DNA of 64,000 nucleotides from an uncultured Acidimicrobiaceae bacterium (GCA_963831155.1 CAWHOY010000006.1:778987-842986); one strand, 5' to 3'. Positions 9,075 to 19,491 are shown, counted from the first letter of the stretch. Notes: generated by a model from the letters alone, not told the origin. Program-made: numbers and translations.

Positions 9075-9926
9075 ATGAGTGCCTCTGACCTGGACCTTCC
9101 GGTGTGGAAACGCGAAGGCGACTATCGCGACATCATCTACGAACACGCCGAGGGGATCGCGAAGATCACGATCAATCGACCCGAGGTTCGCAACGCCTTC
9201 CGACCGCAGACGATCTTCGAGCTTTCCCACGCCTTTGACGTCGCGCGGGACGACTCCGAAATCGGCGTCGTCGTCCTGACGGGTCAAGGCACCGAGGCGT
9301 TCTGCTCCGGCGGTGACCAGCGCATCCGAGGTGACGACGGTTATCTCGGAGACGACGAGATCGCGCGTCGTGGCATCGGACGACTGAACGTGCTCGATCT
9401 GCAGATCCAGATACGGCGGCTGCCAAAGCCTGTCGTCGCGATGGTTGCCGGCTACACGATTGGAGGCGGTCACATCCTGCATCTCGTCTGTGACCTCACG
9501 ATCGCAGCGGACAACGCGCGCTTCGGCCAGAACGGGCCGCGGGTAGGCAGCTTCGACGGGGGATTCGGCGCAGGGTTACTCGCTCGCACGATCGGCACGA
9601 AACGGGCGAAGGAGATCTGGTTCCTCTGTCGCCGCTACGACACGCGGCGCGCCTACGAGATGGGACTGGTGAACATCGTCGTGCCACTCGACCGACTCGA
9701 GATCGAGACGGTGAACTGGTGCCGTGAGATGCTGCGTCTCTCGCCGACCGCGCTCAGATTGCTGAAGGCAGGCTTCAACGCCGCGGAGGATGGGCTCACC
9801 GGCATCCAGCAACTCGCCGGCGACGCGACGATGCTCTTCTACATGACCGAAGAGGCCCAGGAGGGCCGCGATGCATTCGTCGAGAAACGAGACCCAGACT
9901 TCAGTCGGTTTCCCCGGCGTCCGTGA
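9075..9926 (+). CDS. menB: 1,4-Dihydroxy-2-naphthoyl-CoA synthase
   Basis: 283 aa of the crotonase superfamily. [14 protein letters not shown]...GGDQ...GGGH pattern, typical MenB length and context. Confidence 0.93.
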   Translation: MSASDLDLPVWKREGDYRDIIYEHAEGIAKITINRPEVRNAFRPQTIFELSHAFDVARDDSEIGVVVLTGQGTEAFCSGGDQRIRGDDGYLGDDEIARRGIGRLNVLDLQIQIRRLPKPVVAMVAGYTIGGGHILHLVCDLTIAADNARFGQNGPRVGSFDGGFGAGLLARTIGTKRAKEIWFLCRRYDTRRAYEMGLVNIVVPLDRLEIETVNWCREMLRLSPTALRLLKAGFNAAEDGLTGIQQLAGDATMLFYMTEEAQEGRDAFVEKRDPDFSRFPRRP

Positions 9927-10825
9927 GCGCGCAACGCGCGCCTGACCGCTCCTTCGACGTGGCGAGCACCTCGGACTGGATCTCCGCAGCGCGGCCGCGC
10001 ACTCTTCCGGTTTCGCTGTCGGCGGTCGCGGTCGGTGTCGGGGTCGCCCGCGCGACCGGCTATGTCGACTGGTGGCACGCGCTCTTGGCGCTCGTTGTCG
10101 CGTTCTCAATGCAGATCGGCACGAACTACGCGAACGACTATTCCGACGGCGTGCGCGGCACCGACACCCGGCGTGTCGGGCCACTGCGACTCGTCGCCTC
10201 GGGCCGGGCGAGTCCGGCGGCGATGAAGCGCGCCGCAATCGTCACCTACGCGCTCGGCGCGGTGTGCGGCCTCGTCCTTTCGATCGTCACCTCTCCGTGG
10301 CTCATCGCACTCGGCGCGGCGTCGATCGCCGCCGGCTGGCTGTACACGGGCGGCCCGCGCCCCTACGGCTACCTGGGGCTCGGGGAGGTGTTCGTCTTCT
10401 GCTTCTTCGGCCTGCTGGCGGTCGTCGGGACGACGTACGTCTCTTCGGGGACGATTCCCGGGTTGGCCTGGATCGCCGCTTCGGCCGTCGGGTTCATCGC
10501 CGTCGCACTGTTGGTGGTGAACAACCTGCGAGACCGGATTACTGACGAGGCGGCGGGGAAGCGCACCCTCGCGGTCAAGATCGGCGATCGAGCGACACGG
10601 CTTCTCTACGTGGCTCTCCTCGTCGGCGCATTCGGACTCGCGGGAGCGGCGACGGGATATCGAGGCTTTGCCGCGCTCGCTCTCGTTGCGGTGCCGATCG
10701 CTCTCCGCCCGGCGTCAATCGTCCTCGGCGGAGGAGAGGGCAAAGAACTGATTCCGGCGCTTGCGATGACCGGGCTCGTGCAACTGGTCTTTGGCGTCGC
10801 GTTGGCGATCGGGATCGCGATTTGA
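9923..10825 (+). CDS. menA: 1,4-Dihydroxy-2-naphthoate polyprenyltransferase
   Basis: 300 aa, multi-TM UbiA family. [14 protein letters not shown] motif. GTGA overlap with menB. Confidence 0.9.
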   Translation: MSAQRAPDRSFDVASTSDWISAARPRTLPVSLSAVAVGVGVARATGYVDWWHALLALVVAFSMQIGTNYANDYSDGVRGTDTRRVGPLRLVASGRASPAAMKRAAIVTYALGAVCGLVLSIVTSPWLIALGAASIAAGWLYTGGPRPYGYLGLGEVFVFCFFGLLAVVGTTYVSSGTIPGLAWIAASAVGFIAVALLVVNNLRDRITDEAAGKRTLAVKIGDRATRLLYVALLVGAFGLAGAATGYRGFAALALVAVPIALRPASIVLGGGEGKELIPALAMTGLVQLVFGVALAIGIAI

Positions 10826-10839
10826 TGCGCGAACGGGAT

Positions 10840-11643
10840 TCAGTCGCCGTGTTCACGCATCCAGGCGTCGAGCAGGGAAAGGAAGGCGCGCGGGTTCTCG
10901 AACGGCGCAGCGTGTCCCGACGATTCGATGACCGCCGTCGTCGCGTTCTCGCCGATGACCCCCGCCAATTGATCTCCGAGCGCGCGGTACTTCGCGTCTC
11001 GCTCACCAGCGACGAGGAGGATCGGCATCGAGAGGTCGCTCAGCCGCTCGGCGGCGTGGCGCTGGGTTCCGGTTCCGAGATGGCGCAACGCCTGGGCGAG
11101 TCCGGCCGCCGAGTTCTCCTCGCGTGCTTCACGGCTCTGCGACGCCCCCGGCAGGTCCGCGAGAAGCGGTTGCGAAAGCCACTCGTCGAGGAATTCGCTG
11201 ATCGGAAGCGCCGCCCCCCCGATGCCCTGCAATCGGTCGGCGAGCGCCTCGTCGGCGCGCCGTCGATCGGCGCGATCGCGTTCGTCCGGGATGCCGGGCG
11301 AGGCGCCGACGAGCACCATCGATCGCACCGACTCGGGCGCCTGGAAGGCCGCGTGCAGGAGGATCCGGCCGCCCATCGAATATCCGACGTACGTCGCCTC
11401 GCCGACCGATTCGGCGAGCATGCGCCCGGCGACGTCGAGGTCTGCCGCCTCGATCGCCGCCGATCGACCGTGACCGGGAAGGTCGACGGTCACCACCTCG
11501 AAGCGCCCACTGAGGTCGTCGACGATCGTTCGCCACGACCTCCCGGTTTGGGTGAAGCCGTGCACGAGCGCGACGCGGGCACCCGATCCGAACCGCTCCG
11601 TGGCGAGCGGGCGCGACGAGTCGCCGAGTCGTTGATCGGACAC
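10840..11643 (-). CDS. menH: Alpha/beta hydrolase, probable SHCHC synthase
   Basis: HGF oxyanion motif and GYSMGG nucleophile elbow. Located between menA and menD. GTG 11643 is the only plausible start, and the upstream part of track ORF 10840-12069 is Arg-rich junk. Confidence 0.7.
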   Translation of the reverse strand: MSDQRLGDSSRPLATERFGSGARVALVHGFTQTGRSWRTIVDDLSGRFEVVTVDLPGHGRSAAIEAADLDVAGRMLAESVGEATYVGYSMGGRILLHAAFQAPESVRSMVLVGASPGIPDERDRADRRRADEALADRLQGIGGAALPISEFLDEWLSQPLLADLPGASQSREAREENSAAGLAQALRHLGTGTQRHAAERLSDLSMPILLVAGERDAKYRALGDQLAGVIGENATTAVIESSGHAAPFENPRAFLSLLDAWMREHGD

Positions 11644-11648
11644 GATTC

Positions 11649-13445
11649 GTGACCCTACAAGCGACGTTCGCGGTGACGCTTGTCGACGAGTGGGTGCGCG
11701 CTGGGGTTCGCGACGCGGTCGTGTCACCAGGGTCGCGTTCGGGCGTGCTCGCGACGGCACTCGCCGGCGACGGTCGGATCGAAACCCACGTCCGCGTCGA
11801 CGAACGCTCTTCGGGGTTCTTCGCGATCGGCATCGCGCTCGTTTCGGAGCGTCCCGTCGTCGTCGTGACGACGAGCGGCACGGCGGCAGCCGAATTGCAT
11901 GCCGCCGTGATCGAGGCCGATCTCGCTGGAGTGCCTCTTGTTGTCTGCACCGCCGACCGCCCTTTCGAGCTGCAGGACGTCGGCGCCCCGCAGACCGTCG
12001 ACCAACGGCACCTGTACGGGAGAGCTGTCCGCTTCTACGCCGATTTCGACGTGCCGAGCGAGGAGGCAAAGCCGCTCTGGCGGTCGCTTGCCGCCCGGCT
12101 CGTCCTCGAAGCAGAGCACTCGGTGAACGGGCCGGGCCCGGTGCACGCCAACCTGCCGTTCCGAGAGCCGCTCGGCGGCGAGCCGGAAGAGTTGCCGCCG
12201 GGACGTCCAGGCGCTCGCCCCTTCCACGAGGTCGTCGGCGCGTCGCCGCCCGCCGAGCGTGCCGTCGGCAACCTCGTCGGACTCGTCAATTCGACGAAGC
12301 GGGGAGTGATCATCTCCGGTCGCTCCGGAGCGGGCGCCGAGGCGGCGCTCGCCTTCTCGAGAGCGAGCGGCTGGCCGATCCTCGCCGACTCGCTCTCCTT
12401 TCCCCGCGAGACGAACGACGGACTCGTCGGCGCCTGGGAGACGATCGTGAAGTCCCCGCTCGCGACGACGGCGCTGCGGCCCGACGTCGTGCTGCGCGTC
12501 GGCGCGCCGCCGGCGTCCCGCCCGCTTGCGACCTGGCTCGCGAGGTGCGCCGAGGCCGGCACCCAACACGTGTTCGTCGACCCGTACGGCAAGTTCGCCG
12601 ATCCCGGTCGCACCTCGGCAACGGTGCTGCAGGCAGGACCCGAAGAGCTCTTGTTGGAAGCGGGGCGTCGCCTCGGTGGCGCCACCCCGACGCGGCCGCT
12701 GTTCGACGCGTGGACGGCCGCCGACCGGTCCGCGCAGCTCGCGATCGACGAGGTACTCGGCAATATTCCCGAGGCGAGCGAGCCCGCCGTCGCCCGCGAT
12801 CTCTTCGCGTTGATGCCCCACCGCTCGGCGATCTTTGTCTCGTCGTCGATGCCGATCCGCGACATCGACGGCTTTGCTCGGCCGCGCTCAGGTGCGCCGA
12901 TCGTCTACGCAAACCGGGGGGCGAACGGCATCGACGGCGTCGCGTCGACGGTGCGCGGCGTCGCCACCGCTCGTGTGGCGATGGCGCCGAAGGCGCCGCC
13001 GACCGTCGGCCTTCTCGGAGATCTCGCTTTCCTTCATGACCTCTCGGCGCACGTGCAGGGCGTCGATGAACAGCGCGTCGGGGTCACCTACGTTGTGATC
13101 GACAACAGGGGCGGAGGTATCTTCTCGTTCCTCCCGTACGCGCCCGAGCTGCGTCGTGACGTCTTTGAGCGTGCCTTCGCGACCCCGCAGTCGACCGACA
13201 TCGCCGCTGTGGCTACCGCGTTCGGATTCGGCGTCTTCGACCTCGACGAGCGTGCCGCGTTCACGCCGGCAGTGCTCGCGGCGATCTCGACAGGATCCGA
13301 CCAGCTCGTGCTCGTCCACACCGATCGCGCACGCAACGTCGAAATCCACGGAGAGCTCGACCGCGCCGTCGAGGCTTCGCTGGCGAGCCCGCTCGCCAGC
13401 CGCGGAGGAAAACCGAGATCTACGCGTCCTCGCCGGCCGCGCTGA
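11649..13445 (+). CDS. menD: SEPHCHC synthase (ThDP-dependent)
   Basis: 598 aa. N-terminus ATFAVTLVDEWVRAGVRDAVVSPGSRS and a ThDP-binding GDLAFLHD...N motif. men context. Confidence 0.9.
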   Translation: MTLQATFAVTLVDEWVRAGVRDAVVSPGSRSGVLATALAGDGRIETHVRVDERSSGFFAIGIALVSERPVVVVTTSGTAAAELHAAVIEADLAGVPLVVCTADRPFELQDVGAPQTVDQRHLYGRAVRFYADFDVPSEEAKPLWRSLAARLVLEAEHSVNGPGPVHANLPFREPLGGEPEELPPGRPGARPFHEVVGASPPAERAVGNLVGLVNSTKRGVIISGRSGAGAEAALAFSRASGWPILADSLSFPRETNDGLVGAWETIVKSPLATTALRPDVVLRVGAPPASRPLATWLARCAEAGTQHVFVDPYGKFADPGRTSATVLQAGPEELLLEAGRRLGGATPTRPLFDAWTAADRSAQLAIDEVLGNIPEASEPAVARDLFALMPHRSAIFVSSSMPIRDIDGFARPRSGAPIVYANRGANGIDGVASTVRGVATARVAMAPKAPPTVGLLGDLAFLHDLSAHVQGVDEQRVGVTYVVIDNRGGGIFSFLPYAPELRRDVFERAFATPQSTDIAAVATAFGFGVFDLDERAAFTPAVLAAISTGSDQLVLVHTDRARNVEIHGELDRAVEASLASPLASRGGKPRSTRPRRPR

Positions 13446-14305
13446 GTACGGCGTGCGCGCGTCGTGCCATCGGTTCGTCGATCATCGAACCGTCGATGCT
13501 GATGGCGCCCTGTCCTTTTTTCTCGGCCGCGCGATACGCGTCGACGACGCGCCGCGCATAGGCGACCTGTTCCGCGCTCGGAGTGAACGCTTCGTTCGCC
13601 AGTGGAACCTGGCGCGGGTGGATGCACATCTTGCCGGAGTACGACAGTCCGCGTGCGAGGGTGGCTTCTTCGCGGAAGCGATCGTCGTCTGAGTAGTCGG
13701 CGACGATGCCGTCGAGGGACTCGATACCCGCGACGGAAGCCGCGAGCGCGACTTTCGAGCACGGCGTAGAGGACTTCGAGACCCTTTCTGCTGCGCTCGC
13801 CACCGATGTCCGCGGCCAGGTCTTCGGCGCCGAAGTAGACCGCCGCGACCCGCGGGTGTGACGTGATGGCGCGGGCGTCGAGCACACCGCGGCCCGTCTC
13901 GATGCCGGCGACGACCAACAGGTGACCGAGCCCGAGGCTCGCGAGCAGGTCATCCGTCTCGTCGAGCTGTGACGCCTGCTCAACCTTCGGGAGCACGATC
14001 CCGGCGAGATCCGGAACGAGGCCACCCGCGAGGTCGTCGTGGAAGTGCACCGACGCCACCGAATTCACACGAACGAAGAGCGCGAACAAAGGAGCTTTGC
14101 TGGCAACCTTGGCCGATACCGAGCGCGCCTGTGCCCGAGCCTCGGCCTTTGCGGATTCGGCGACGGCGTCTTCCAAGTCGATGATGCCGAGATCGCAGCC
14201 GAGCTCGGGGAGCTTGGCTGCCCGATCGGGCGTCGTCGCCGGAGTGAAGAGCGCACTGCGCCATCGCCGGACGATCGGCGCACCCGTGCGCGCGTCGATC
14301 ATCAC
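13420..14305 (-). pseudogene. CitE-like HpcH/HpaI-family acyl-CoA lyase, interrupted by a 1-nt frameshift near nt 13758-13765
   Basis: The N-terminal 180 aa (...AAVYFGAEDLAADIGGERSRKGLEVLYA) are in the frame of ORF 13088-14305. The C-terminal 110 aa (SKVALAASVAGIESLDG...GKMCIHPRQV...) are in the frame of ORF 13420-14025. Together they reconstitute a full-length CitE-like protein. Confidence 0.75.
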
Positions 14306-14856
14306 GTCGCCGGTGTCGGCCGATTGCGGTCGGGCACGTGGCCGCGCTTGTAGATCATCGCCGTTCGCTTGAAGCTGATCACGACCTCGCCGCGTTGGTT
14401 GTACCCGGTCGTACGAACGGTGACGATGCCGGCTTCGGGGTGCGATGCCGACTCATGTGCCTCCAAGACCTCCGAACGCGAGTAGATCGTGTCGCCGTCG
14501 AAGACCGGATGCGGGAGCTTCACCTCGTCCCATCCGAGGTTCGCAACCACGTTCTGGGAGATGTCGGGAACGCTCTGTCCGGTCACCAGCGCCAGTGTGA
14601 AACACGAGTTCAGGAGGGGACGGCCGAACATGGTTTGCGCGGCGTAGTGCTTGTCGATGTGGATCGGTTGAGGATTCTGGGTGAGCAGCGAGAACCAGAC
14701 GTTGTCGGTCTCTGTGACCGTCCGCCCCGCCGCGTGCTCGAAGACGTCGCCCACCGCGAGGTCCTCGAAGAACGGACCGGCTGGCACTTCATGCAGCACC
14801 ACGTCGCCTCCCTGGATCGGAACCGGGTCGATCGTAGAAGGAGGCTCGGCGCGCAC
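14302..14856 (-). CDS. MaoC-like (R)-specific enoyl-CoA hydratase/dehydratase
   Basis: 184 aa hot-dog fold. NPQPIHID... motif. Stop overlaps the start of the CitE-like gene (GTGA). The MaoC + CitE pairing is as in mycobacterial Rv2499c/Rv2498c. Confidence 0.8.
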   Translation of the reverse strand: MRAEPPSTIDPVPIQGGDVVLHEVPAGPFFEDLAVGDVFEHAAGRTVTETDNVWFSLLTQNPQPIHIDKHYAAQTMFGRPLLNSCFTLALVTGQSVPDISQNVVANLGWDEVKLPHPVFDGDTIYSRSEVLEAHESASHPEAGIVTVRTTGYNQRGEVVISFKRTAMIYKRGHVPDRNRPTPAT

Positions 14857-14986
14857 GCTTCAAAAGGTGCTCGAGACGGGCACGCACGACGGGTGTCCGT
14901 ATCTCTGGAGGTGCACGAGCCGTGCAAGGAAGGTGCAGCGCAACCCATGGGGTCGTAGCCTTTCGGCGAACAGTTGGGGGTGACTG

Positions 14987-17900
14987 ATGCTCTGCTCAAG
15001 CTGCGGAGTGGAGAACGAACCGAGCGCGAAGTTCTGCTCGGAGTGCGGGAGTCCGCTGGCTCGCGCCTGCCCGAACTGCCACTCCGCGGTCCAGTCGACG
15101 GCGAAGTTCTGCAGCGAATGCGGGACGACGCTCGCCCAACCGGGACCGCCGATCGCCGCCGCAATCCCCCAAGCGACCGCCCCGATTCTCAGCGCGAGTT
15201 CGCCATCAGAACTGCGCCATGTCTCGGTGCTGTTCTGTGACCTCGTCGGATTCACTCCCCTTTCGGAGGCGAAGGACCCCGAGGACGTGCGGGAGCTGCT
15301 TTCCGGTTACTTCGACCTCGCGCGATCGATCGTCGGCCGAACCGGAGGCACCGTCGAGAAGTTCATCGGTGACGCCGTGATGGCGGTGTGGGGCGCGCCG
15401 GTCGCGAAAGAGGACGACGCCGAGCGCGCCGTGCGCGCCGGGCTCGAGCTCGTTTCGGCGGTCGCCGCCTACGGTGATGAGCATTCGGCGGACCTGAAGG
15501 CGAGGGTCGGCATCGTCACCGGTGGCGTCGCGACGACCGAAACTCCAGAAGAAGGCATGGTCATCGGCGACCGGGTGAACATGGCGGCGCGGATCCAGTC
15601 CGTGGCTCCTCCGGGGTGTTGCTACGTCGACGAAACAACGCGCGCCGCGACGGCCGCCGCAATCTCTTATGTGGACGCCGGTGAGCACGAACTGAAGGGG
15701 AAGGCAGAGCCCGTCCACCTCTTCCACGCGACGCGCGTCGCTGCCGCGCTCGCCGGCGTGCAGCGTTCGAGCGGCCTCGAGGCACCCTTTGTCGGCCGGG
15801 ACCACGAGCTGCGACTCGTTAAAGAGCACTTCCACGCCGCCGCCGATCGCCACTCGGCGCGGCTCGTCCTTGTCTCCGGGGTCGCCGGCGTCGGCAAGTC
15901 GCGCCTTGCGTGGGAGTTCTTCAAATATCTCGACGGCCTCGTCGAAGACACGCTGTGGCACGCCGGGCGCTGCCTTTCCTACGGCGAGGGAGTGAGCTAT
16001 TGGGCGCTGTCCGAAATGGTCCGCGCCCGGCTGCAGATCAGAGAAGAGGACCCACTGGACGTCGCCGCAGAGCGGTTGCGGGTCGGACTCGAGCGCTGGA
16101 TTCTCGATCCCGCAGATCGCGAGTTCATCGCGCCCCGCCTCGGCCAATTGCTCGGGCTATCGGCTCCCCAGCTACTCGCCAAGGAAGAGCTCTTCGCGGG
16201 CTGGCGACTGTTCTTCGAACGCCTCGCCGAGCACAGCACCGTCGTGATGCTCGTCGAGGACCTGCAGTGGGCCGACGCCGGTTTGGTCGATTTCTTGGAC
16301 CACCTCTTGGAGTGGTCGGGTGATCATGCGATCTTCCTGCTCGTCCTCACTCGACCTGAAGGGACCGAGAAACGCGGCCTCGGCCTCAGTCGCCGCAACG
16401 TCACCACCCTCTCACTTGACCCACTCGCCGACGAGGTGATTGGTGAGCTGCTCGACGGCCTCGTCTCCGGTCTTCCCTTGTCGGCACGCGCCAGCATTGT
16501 TGAACGCGCCGAAGGCATCCCGCTTTATGCCGTCGAAACCGTCCGGAGCCTTCTCGACAAAGGCGTGCTCGCCAAGGGACCTGACGAGGGTCTGCGCCTG
16601 GTAGGCGAGCTCGGCACGTTGGAGATCCCCCCCGGCTTGACGGCGCTCATCGCCTCGCGACTCGACGCCCTTTCGCTCGAAGAAAGGCGTCTTGTAAAGG
16701 AATGCTCAGTGCTCGGGTCATCCTTCCCGCGCCAGGCGATCGAGGCGGTCACCGACACTCAACCCGGCGAGCTCGACTCGTTGCTGACTTCGCTCGTACG
16801 GAAAGAGGTGCTCACCGTTCGGGCGGACAAGCTCTCCCCCGAACGCGGGCAGTACGCCTTCACGCAGTCGCTCATCCGGTCCGTCGCCTACGACACATTG
16901 ACGAAAGCCGAGCGGAAGGCCCGCCACCTCCGCACCGCCGAGCATCTTCGCAACGCCTTCCCGGACGAGGGCGCGGAAGTCGCGGAAGTGATCGCTGCCC
17001 ACCTCTACGACGCCTACAAGGTCGCCGGAGACGATCCGATTGCCGACGAACTGCGCGAAGACGCGAAACGTGCTTACGTGACCGCGGCTGAGCGGGCCGA
17101 GTCGATCGGTGCTCCCGAAGCCGCGGAGTCCGCCTTTGTCACAGCCGCCGAGCTGAGCACCGACGAAGCCGAACGGGCGGATCTCACCGAGAGCGCGGGG
17201 CGAATGGCGAGCCTCGCCGGCATCCACCAACGGGCGCGAGCCCACTTCGAGGCGGCGATCGCCGCGCACAGGGCTGCTGGGCGCGTCGTCGAGGCCGCCC
17301 GTGCGACTGCCGGGCTCGGCCGGACCGTCCAAATTCTCGGCCACGCCGAGCAGGCGATCGTCTTACTTCGCGAAGCGCTCGCTTCTCTTGACCCGGACTT
17401 ATCCCCGCCGGTCGTCGTCGCAGAGCTGCTGGAAATGCTCGGCAACGCCCTTGTCTTCGCTGGCCACCTGCGCGACGCAATTGAACCGATCGAGCGGGCT
17501 CTTACGATCTCCCAGCACTACGAACTCACCGAGACCTTCGCTCGTGCGCTCGGCGTCAAAGGCGTCTCCCTGACCTTTCTGGGACGCGTCGAGGAAGCCC
17601 GCATCAGTTTCGAAGCCACGATTGATGTCGCCCGTCGGCACGGCCTCACTGAGCCCGAAATGCGCGCCGAGCTCAACCTCGGCAATCTCTGCATGAGCTA
17701 CGACCTGCCGAGCGCTGCGGAACATTGTGAGGCGGTGCTCGTTGTCGCCCGTCGCTCGGGAGCCCGTCGTCACGAAGCCACCGCGGCCTCCAACCTGATG
17801 CACGTCCTCGCGCTGATCGGGCGATTCGAAGAGTCCTACCGGCTCGGGACAGAAGCACTGCAATCCGTTGGCCACGCTGTTGAAAGTTCGTGGATCCAGG

Positions 17901-18568
17901 TGCACCTCGCAGAGGTCGACGCGCTCCTCGGTCGCGCCGAGAGCGCCCGAGAGCATCTCGCCCGTTGCGAGGCAATGGCATCAAGCGACGACCTGCAGGA
18001 TCGAGCGACCTACGCGGCGTTTCAGAGCGGTGTCGCTCTTGCGGAGGGAGACTTCGGCGGTGCGGTGGAAGCGGCAACGCGAGCGATCGCCGAAGCGTTC
18101 GGCGGTGAACTCGGGGTCGTCATCGAAGCCGTCCGTGTGGCTTTCCCGAACGCGATCGATGCCGCCATCGCCATTAAAGACTTCCAAGAAGCCGAGCGGA
18201 TCGTCGACCTGCTCTCCAGTCGGCCGCTCGGCGAGGTGCCACCGTTTCTCAAGTTGCAGATCCGGCGCGCGCACGCCCTGCTGAGCGCTGCGAGAGGTGA
18301 CGACGAGGATGACGACGAGGGCCTTCTCGCCGCGGTACAGGGAATGCGCGATCTCGGCTACCCGTACTGGACGGCTCGATGCCAACTCGACCTGGCGGAG
18401 GCGCTCAGCCGCCAAGGACGCACGGACGAGGCGTCGGTGCAGGCGAGCGCGGCCGCGAAGACCTTCGAACAGCTCGGGGCTCAGCCGATGCTCGCGAGGG
18501 CGCGGGCGGTTCTCGCCTCTGATGGGGTGACGTCGCTCCGAGGGTTTGAGGTGCAACCGACAGGCTGA
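14987..18568 (+). CDS. Multidomain regulator: double zinc ribbon + class III adenylate/guanylate cyclase + P-loop STAND ATPase + TPR-like repeats
   Basis: CSSCG..CSECG / CPNCH..CSECG at the N-terminus. Cyclase core VSVLFCDLVGFT...GDAVMAVWGAP. Walker A GVAGVGKS. Long helical-repeat C-terminus. 1193 aa. Confidence 0.85.
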   Translation: MLCSSCGVENEPSAKFCSECGSPLARACPNCHSAVQSTAKFCSECGTTLAQPGPPIAAAIPQATAPILSASSPSELRHVSVLFCDLVGFTPLSEAKDPEDVRELLSGYFDLARSIVGRTGGTVEKFIGDAVMAVWGAPVAKEDDAERAVRAGLELVSAVAAYGDEHSADLKARVGIVTGGVATTETPEEGMVIGDRVNMAARIQSVAPPGCCYVDETTRAATAAAISYVDAGEHELKGKAEPVHLFHATRVAAALAGVQRSSGLEAPFVGRDHELRLVKEHFHAAADRHSARLVLVSGVAGVGKSRLAWEFFKYLDGLVEDTLWHAGRCLSYGEGVSYWALSEMVRARLQIREEDPLDVAAERLRVGLERWILDPADREFIAPRLGQLLGLSAPQLLAKEELFAGWRLFFERLAEHSTVVMLVEDLQWADAGLVDFLDHLLEWSGDHAIFLLVLTRPEGTEKRGLGLSRRNVTTLSLDPLADEVIGELLDGLVSGLPLSARASIVERAEGIPLYAVETVRSLLDKGVLAKGPDEGLRLVGELGTLEIPPGLTALIASRLDALSLEERRLVKECSVLGSSFPRQAIEAVTDTQPGELDSLLTSLVRKEVLTVRADKLSPERGQYAFTQSLIRSVAYDTLTKAERKARHLRTAEHLRNAFPDEGAEVAEVIAAHLYDAYKVAGDDPIADELREDAKRAYVTAAERAESIGAPEAAESAFVTAAELSTDEAERADLTESAGRMASLAGIHQRARAHFEAAIAAHRAAGRVVEAARATAGLGRTVQILGHAEQAIVLLREALASLDPDLSPPVVVAELLEMLGNALVFAGHLRDAIEPIERALTISQHYELTETFARALGVKGVSLTFLGRVEEARISFEATIDVARRHGLTEPEMRAELNLGNLCMSYDLPSAAEHCEAVLVVARRSGARRHEATAASNLMHVLALIGRFEESYRLGTEALQSVGHAVESSWIQVHLAEVDALLGRAESAREHLARCEAMASSDDLQDRATYAAFQSGVALAEGDFGGAVEAATRAIAEAFGGELGVVIEAVRVAFPNAIDAAIAIKDFQEAERIVDLLSSRPLGEVPPFLKLQIRRAHALLSAARGDDEDDDEGLLAAVQGMRDLGYPYWTARCQLDLAEALSRQGRTDEASVQASAAAKTFEQLGAQPMLARARAVLASDGVTSLRGFEVQPTG

Positions 18569-18707
18569 CCGCTCGTCGCGGCGAAGCGCCTTGGGATACC
18601 CGAACGTCAACGAGCCCGACCGAACGGCCTTCCTTCAGGAGATTTGGCCGGATCGATCCCGCGTGCGGAGTCAGATTCGGCGGTGTGCTTCCGCGTCTGC
18701 GCGCCCT

Positions 18708-19439
18708 TCAACCCGCGAAACGACGCGCGTCACGCGCTGCGTAGCGCGCGACGTCGTTGTCGGTGGACGATGCCTGCTCGATCAAACCGACGATCTCATC
18801 GAGCGAGTCAGCCGGGAACGCGCACGTCATCTCGTCGGGCGACATTCCTGTGCGAGCGCGGGACAATGCGCAGCCGACGCTCGCCGCCGGCACGCGCTGT
18901 TCCTTCGCAATCGCGACGATGTGGCACTGCGGCTTGCCGCCGATCGAAAGCGACGGGATGGCGTCGGAGATCACCATCATCTGGCGGCCGTTCACGCGGA
19001 TAAGCACGACGTCGGGCTGGACGTCTTCGGGGAAGTCCCTGAGCGGTCCGTAAGCGATGGCTTCTGGTCGCATCGAAACAGCGGGCAACCCCGCGATGTC
19101 GTCCTCGCCAACCCAGTGCGCGCCGAGGAGAGTGTTCACATCCTCGTTGTGCGCGACGTCCACCCAACTGGCGAGCCCGTGCGTCACACGACCGACGGAG
19201 CAGTTGCCGTGATCATCGGGCAACGTCGTGAAGACGCGGTCGGCTGCCTTCATCCAGAAGACACAGCCCGCTGGGACCCGTCCACGGCGTCCGTCCACCG
19301 CCGGCTCCGACATCGGTTCGTCGAAGGCCGGCACCGCGGCCGGCGTCGTCGCACAGAACGCGATCGCGATCGGCGGCGACTGCAGATGGAGCGCAGCGGC
19401 AAGCCGCCGTGAGGTCTCGGACCAGTGGGGACTCGCCAT
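18708..19439 (-). CDS. DUF169-family protein
   Basis: 243 aa. The pattern GCVFW...NCSVG...GCALSR is consistent with my memory of DUF169. Function unknown. Confidence 0.55.
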   Translation of the reverse strand: MASPHWSETSRRLAAALHLQSPPIAIAFCATTPAAVPAFDEPMSEPAVDGRRGRVPAGCVFWMKAADRVFTTLPDDHGNCSVGRVTHGLASWVDVAHNEDVNTLLGAHWVGEDDIAGLPAVSMRPEAIAYGPLRDFPEDVQPDVVLIRVNGRQMMVISDAIPSLSIGGKPQCHIVAIAKEQRVPAASVGCALSRARTGMSPDEMTCAFPADSLDEIVGLIEQASSTDNDVARYAARDARRFAG

Positions 19440-19491
19440 GGTGATCGTTTTATCGCTTCGAGGGCCCGAGTGACACCTGTGGCAGGCTGAA

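Noticed and set aside
14987-18568. STAND ATPase as an Avs-like antiviral NLR or defence gene.
   Set aside because: It has no nuclease, protease or other effector domain. The N-terminal effector-like module is a nucleotide cyclase typical of actinobacterial signalling proteins. No neighbouring defence or mobile genes are present.
19440-19491. T-box leader upstream of tyrS, SAM riboswitch upstream of metK (51201-51237), and other riboswitches upstream of biosynthetic genes.
   Set aside because: The intergenic regions are only about 37-52 nt, far too short for these elements. I could not find specifier or T-box sequences, or SAM-I conserved helices.
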